From an uncultured Verrucomicrobiae bacterium (GTDB lineage Bacteria > Verrucomicrobiota > Verrucomicrobiia > Chthoniobacterales > UBA10450), in contig CAVWPA010000003.1 in assembly GCA_963756875.1 (NCBI GenBank), positions 832,001 through 896,000 on the forward strand: a stretch of 64,000 nucleotides of DNA. Direction: 5' to 3'. The translations under genes were made by a program, and so were the position numbers. Positions 58,944-64,000 of the stretch are shown one piece after another; position 1 is the stretch's first letter, and every line of letters begins with the position of its first letter. The notes below the pieces were generated by a model, which saw nothing but the letters and a program-made list of their open reading frames with translations, searched no databases and was not told the origin of the DNA.

Positions 58944-61773
58944 TCAACTCGGAGGATGAAAACCAAATTCGGCCTGCAGATTGCCCCAGAGCCAGTCAAC
59001 GAACCAGTCTTTGTGGATTGATTTCGCCTCCGCATTGGCGAGGGCTTCCGCCTTTTTCACGTCTCCGTGCAGGCAATAGAGATACGTGAGCAGGAACAAG
59101 TCGTTCATCCTCGCAAACCCCCGTTCTTTCTCGCGCTCCAGGAGTTGAATTGCGCGGGAATAATCGCGGCTGGCCAGCGCGCCTGCGACCAGGTCCCGCA
59201 GCGCTTCCACCGGCAGCGAGGCTGGTGAGGCGTGGTCTAGTTTTTCAGCCAGCGCAACCCGGAATTCGTCGCTGCTCAAAACCCCCAGGACCGGCGCGCG
59301 CAATTGCGTGCGGCGCAGATAAAAAGCGAGCTCGGCCAGCCAGTTGCTCCCGGACATTTGCGAACGGAATCGCGTCTCTCGGACCAGAAAAAGCATGTCG
59401 AGCGACTTCTTCCATTCGTTAGGCCAGATCTCGTCGATAAGAGGAGAAGAAAGAAAACGGTGTTCGGCCGCGGAGCTTTCGAGGTAGCTGTAGCCGAACT
59501 TGTAAGCTCCACTCATGGGAGGGTGGATGTCGCTTAGACGTTTGGGATAAAAATCGGTCAGCGGTTTGACCCCCTGCGTAATCCGATCGATTTCCGCGCC
59601 GTCCATCACGAACAAACTGGACATCTGCTCAGGCATCTCGACGCCGATTCGAGTTAGGTCCGGTTTTGTTCTCGCGTCGGTCCAGAGCGTATCCGCGAGT
59701 TCCGCGTTCGGCCTCTGCGCCGGCGGTTTGATCCCGACCATGATCCACTCCAGATCGCTGGTTGCCCAGACAGACGCGTTCGGAAAGACATTATGAAAAG
59801 CGCGCAGGATCGATTTGGTTTCGTCCGTGGTCAGCTGGTAGAGCGGCAACCAGAAGCTGGCAACGCCGCCATCTTTCAGCCGGCCTTTCATCAGCGAGAA
59901 AAATTGTTCGGTGTAAAGGTTGACTGTCCCCGCCACCTTCAAGGGGGGTGGTTCGCCTGTGATGATGTCGTATCGCTTCGGGCAGGCCTGCAGAAAAAAA
60001 CGACCGTCCTGCACAAAGGTGCTGACACGCGGGTCGCGAAGTGGATCTTCGTAACCCGGACCGGAGTAAAGTCCGGCGAGATCGAAGACTTCTTTCGAAA
60101 TATCCACAACGTCGAGATGTTTGAGACGCGTGTCGCGGATGAAAGCATCGGCGGTCACACCGACGCCATAGCAAATCAACAGGGCATTATCGCTTTCGGG
60201 ACGGAGAGCCAGTGGCAGATATGCGAACAAACGCATGTAACGCTGGCTGCGCGGATGCGTTCCCGACATCGAGTACCGAGTTCGTGACCAGTCGGTAGTA
60301 ATAGGGCTCGCCAAACAAATCGCGGCGCAGCAGTTGAAACGTGTCCGCCGTTCCTTCGATTTTTTTGATCAACGTGGAACCGTCCGCTTCATAAGGACGA
60401 CGGGCATTCGCGAAATGCACTTCGTCGCGATGGTACGGGAAGAACCACAGGATGAGGATAAAGACGACGCTGAGCGAGACGACGGCGATTCCGGAGCCGC
60501 GGCGCAAAGACCATTCCTGTTTTCCAGTCGTCAAAAAAGCCGCTCCGGCGTAAACCGCTGCGGCAAAAATCAAGCTCGATTGGAATCCGAGTCGGGGAAG
60601 GAGGACGAAACCGGCGAGCAACGGTCCGACCGCCGAGCCAATGGTATTGAACAAAATGGTCAACCCGGCGCTGTTCATCCGACCGGCTATTTCGGATTGA
60701 ACGCACGCTGCAATCGACGGAAGCAAAATTCCCGAGAGAAGAGCAACGGGAAACATCAAGGCCAGCGACAGTTGCCCGATCTTTTGCCACGACTCGATAT
60801 CGAAAGCATTCTCATCTGGTCGAAGGGCCGGCACCGGAAAAAACAAATAGGAAAGAAGCGTGGCGAGCGCTGCGAGCAGCAGGAGGACTGGCAGCAACCG
60901 TCGTGGCGGAAGGAAGCGGCGTGGGATCGCGCCGGCAACAATGCCGCCCAGACCAATCCCGGCCAGCACGACCGCGAGCATGATGCAGAACGCGGTGGAA
61001 GTGGATGCGACATACAAGCGCATGAAGCGGAACCAAACGACCTCGAGTCCGAGAAGAATCGCGCCGCCGGCCATGCTGACGAAGAGCAAATTCCATGGCG
61101 GCTGTTTGCCTAACGAAAGCCACAGGGAGAATCGATCTCCTGTTTGATCAGTCACATCCGGTTTCGCGCCGGAACATGTCCACGCAATGGCCGCCGCGAC
61201 GCAACTAATTGCCGCCGCCGCCAGACCGGTGCCGAAGAGTCCGTATATTTGGACCAAATACATTTCCCCTGACAATGCACCGGCGACTGCGCCCAGGGTG
61301 TTCGATCCGTAAAAGAGGCCGATCGTTCGGCTGAACTCGAACCTTTTAAGAAGGGGATCTTCCAACAGGACAGGCAGCGTCAATCCCATTGCGGTTGTGG
61401 GAATCAGCAGGATCAGGAACGAAACAAAGAAGCGGAGGAGATTCAGCAATCCCTGGTGGGTCCAGAGCGCTTGAAAAACAGGGCGCATCCATTCTCCAAC
61501 GTGTGGGAGTCCAAATACGAGCGTGCATCCGAACACCGCTACAACCATTTCCAGCGCAGCGTAGACGCGCAGCGGCCGCCGTCGCCGTAGCGTCCAGGAG
61601 GCGGCGATCGCGCTTCCCAAAGCCAGGCCGGCCATGAAACTGGAGAGAATCAGCGCAGCCGACCAGACCGAATTGCCGAAAGCCAGGCCGCTCAGCCGGA
61701 GCCAAAGAGTTTCAAACAGAAGCGCGCTGCTCCCGGAAAGAAAAAGAACGACTGAGATGATGGCCACGCGCAC
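58944..61773 (-). CDS. Fused membrane domain/spermidine synthase-like protein, apparent +1 frameshift at 60276-60277
   Basis: SGSSALLFETLW, SSFMAGLALG, NTLGAVAG; DGRFFL, YDIITGEPPP, NLYT; removing one G joins RLVTNS to YSMSGT. Confidence 0.85.
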
Positions 61774-61906
61774 GGGCCGAAACGTGCAATACCCGACTTT
61801 GCGCGGCAAGCGTTATGTCCCCGCAAGAATCTATTTCAACTTACTCGTTCCGCCTTGCGCAGCGCGTTGGTGTTCTTTCAAAAAGGATAACCATGGCGCG
61901 ATTGCT

Positions 61907-61971
61907 GTAGTGGCAGCCGTGTCGGCTGCAACCCTTCTGGGATTTCCCGCAGGCGACACGCCTGCCGCTAC
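61907..61971. repeat. GTAG-type REP doublet
   Basis: GTAGTGGCAGCCGTGTCGGCTGC ... GCAGGCGACACGCCTGCCGCTAC. Confidence 0.85.
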
Positions 61972-62012
61972 AGAAGACGGCAGGATCCGTTCTAATGGCA
62001 TTCGGACGTCTT

Positions 62013-62669
62013 CTATGCGCTCGTGCCGCCGATTTCGTCGTTCAAATATCGAATGAGAAGCCGGAGGCGTTGATTCAGGGAGGGTTCTTCGAGGATGTGC
62101 TGACGGCGCAGTGCATCGTTGACGAAAGTCGAGGTGACCAGGTCGGTCAGCATTTCAACGTCTCCCAGCTGAGAAAGATATCGGTCCACTTTCGGAGGAA
62201 GCTGCCGTCCGCCGCGTTTTAATTTCGCGTAAAGCTCGATCACTTTTTCGGCGAGCGCTTCCGTCTCGACCGTGGTGGTATCACGCGATTCGACGACGTC
62301 GATCCTGGCGATCGGGAAGGGGGCCCGTTGCTCGAAATCGGTGAGGCGCACACGCTGCAATCCCTGCAAAATCAAGTTCGACGTGCCGTCGCCAAGTTCA
62401 ACGCAGGCACGAATGAGGCCGACCGTTGCGAGATGGAAAAAATCCTCCGGTGCATGCCATTCCGGGCAACTTGGTTTGATCAAAGCAACGCAAAACATTC
62501 GATGATGTTGCAACGCGTGCTCGAGCATGTTGCGGTAGCGCGGCTCGAAAATGTAAAGCGGGAGCAACGCATGCGGAAAAAGCACCGCTCCCGGCAGCGG
62601 CATCACCGGCACTTCTTCAGGCAAAACTTCGGCCCCGTTTTTCACGTTTCGATCGCTCTCCCTGTTCAA
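62013..62669 (-). CDS. Lon N-terminal substrate-binding domain protein
   Basis: PVMPLPGAVLFP, LPLYIFEPRYRNML, DGTSNLILQG. Confidence 0.9.
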   Translation of the reverse strand: MNRESDRNVKNGAEVLPEEVPVMPLPGAVLFPHALLPLYIFEPRYRNMLEHALQHHRMFCVALIKPSCPEWHAPEDFFHLATVGLIRACVELGDGTSNLILQGLQRVRLTDFEQRAPFPIARIDVVESRDTTTVETEALAEKVIELYAKLKRGGRQLPPKVDRYLSQLGDVEMLTDLVTSTFVNDALRRQHILEEPSLNQRLRLLIRYLNDEIGGTSA

Positions 62670-63399
62670 TTTTCGACGCGCTCAGCGCAGAACGCAATTT
62701 TTCGATTGGCAGTTGCCCCTCGATTTTCGATGGGCCGAGCGAAACATAATTGAGCGCGGAACCGGTTCGCGCGAGCAGCAAGCGTGACGCTGCGCCGAGT
62801 TTGCCGATGCCCATTGCGCTCACTGGCAGTCCGGCGTCCCGGTTCTCAAAGAAATCGATCAGGCGCGCGAGTTGGGCCGGAGTATCGGTGCGCGTGGCGA
62901 GTTTGAAAATGGACGCGCCGGAGTTCTTCGCGCGGCGCGCTTTGGCACGAAGAGTGCGCACAGCAGGTGTGGAATTCAAATCATGGAACGAAATGATCCG
63001 TCGAATGTTTTTCTTTCGGGCGAGATCGAACAGCGGTCGCAAAGCTCGAAGGGAGCGCAACTCGATGTCGATGAATTGGGCGTGGGGCAGAAAGCGGGCA
63101 AGCAATTTGCGTCGGTCTCCGATCGGCAGGTTGTTCGCTCCGCCCTCGCGCGGGTGCCGCGCGGTGATGATGACCGGCGCACGGAGCATATCCAGTTTCC
63201 GTTCTATCTCATTCAGATTGTGGCAAAGGTAATCGAGCCGCAGTTCGACGAGATCCGGCGGCTGGCGCATCCGAATGGCGGCGCGCAAATCCGCCCTCGA
63301 AGCGATGACGGCGACGAGACGGCCACGTCCTTGCATCGCGTGGCTCTCCCGGTGCGCCGGATCGCTGCCGGAACCTTTGACCGAGGGACGCGTTGTCAT
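62617..63399 (-). CDS. aroD: Type I 3-dehydroquinate dehydratase
   Basis: ELRLD, IITAR..EGG, IDIEL, ISFHD, FKLA, AMG...SR, GQL. Confidence 0.9.
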   Translation of the reverse strand: MTTRPSVKGSGSDPAHRESHAMQGRGRLVAVIASRADLRAAIRMRQPPDLVELRLDYLCHNLNEIERKLDMLRAPVIITARHPREGGANNLPIGDRRKLLARFLPHAQFIDIELRSLRALRPLFDLARKKNIRRIISFHDLNSTPAVRTLRAKARRAKNSGASIFKLATRTDTPAQLARLIDFFENRDAGLPVSAMGIGKLGAASRLLLARTGSALNYVSLGPSKIEGQLPIEKLRSALSASKIEQGERSKREKRGRSFA

Positions 63400-63452
63400 A
63401 TACTTAACGGCTCTGGAAATTACAGGACAAGGGAGGTTCGTCCTTTTGTAGC

Positions 63453-64000
63453 ATGCTCGCGCGAAGACAGGAATTAAACACCCAGCTTCAGGTCTTTATC
63501 GACGCATTTCTGCTGGCCTTCTCGCTCTGGGCTGCATACGCGCTTCGCTACTACAGCACTTTTTGGTTCGACCTGACCAAAACAATCGATCCACAGCGCA
63601 ATTATGCGTGGCTGCTCGTCGTGATCATGCCTTTCGGGCCGATCCTGCTCGATCTCCAGGGTTTCTACCAGTCGCCAGTCAATAAAACGCAGTGGAAGTC
63701 GATCGTCCAGATCATCCGCGCCATGATTGGATTGAGCATCATTGTCAGTGCGTGCGTGATCTTCCTGCGCCTTCCCCTGGCCAATCGATCGGTGCCGCTG
63801 CTCTTCATCCTGATCGGCACCCTGACGCTGCTGCTCAAGGAGCGATTAATCGTCGCCCATATCCGGCGGAAGGCGATGCGCGGTGAACAACGCGAGCCGA
63901 TCCTGCTGGCGGGATTGCCCCAGGACATCGCCGCGCTCGAACAATCGTTTACGGCAGAGCAAAAATTGCTCATGGATGTCGTGGCCAGAATCGACATCGA
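63453..64000 (+). CDS. Sugar transferase (WcaJ-like) N-terminal membrane region, 3'-truncated
   Basis: Open from ATG 63453 to window end (MLARRQELNTQLQVFIDAFLL..., QGFY, REPILLAG); catalytic domain not visible. Confidence 0.65.
   Translation, partial: MLARRQELNTQLQVFIDAFLLAFSLWAAYALRYYSTFWFDLTKTIDPQRNYAWLLVVIMPFGPILLDLQGFYQSPVNKTQWKSIVQIIRAMIGLSIIVSACVIFLRLPLANRSVPLLFILIGTLTLLLKERLIVAHIRRKAMRGEQREPILLAGLPQDIAALEQSFTAEQKLLMDVVARIDI

Noticed and set aside
60270..60285. Split or recoded spermidine-synthase-like gene
   Set aside because: One extra G in a GG pair explains it, with no other decay; probably a sequencing error.

Overview
A GC-rich bacterial chromosomal segment made up mostly of housekeeping genes. 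Gene content (RNase HIII, ScpA, split coaC/coaB, cdaA after folP, TMTC-like TPR proteins) suggests a soil Verrucomicrobiota, Chthoniobacterales-like; this assignment is inference. It carries an exopolysaccharide cluster, ppdK, rnr, folP-cdaA, rodA-scpA, xseB-dxs, gcvTH, a ChdC/HemQ-like gene, tRNA-Ser(GGA), suhB-ispF-cysS, yicC-gmk-coaC-coaB, two TMTC-like genes, mutY-trpB, rnhC, HU, a hybrid histidine kinase, rpsT, pdhABC, dgt and aroD. I saw no CRISPR array, prophage or intact transposon. The most interesting signals are small. (1) A 19-codon Lys/Arg-rich gene (MAKKRKKAAKKKSAKRKRH) missed by the ORF track has its own RBS, flanking hairpins and terminator. (2) A 53-aa mini-CdaR overlaps cdaA. 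(3) A diverse set of REP-like palindromes is present, two of them translated in frame inside RNase R and PDH E2. (4) Inverted 7/8-mer tandem arrays sit at gene junctions, and one family brackets mutY. (5) A 42-bp direct repeat brackets a TMTC-like gene. Frameshifts in rpsT and a spermidine-synthase-like gene look like sequencing errors. All family calls come from motif recognition by eye, not database searches.
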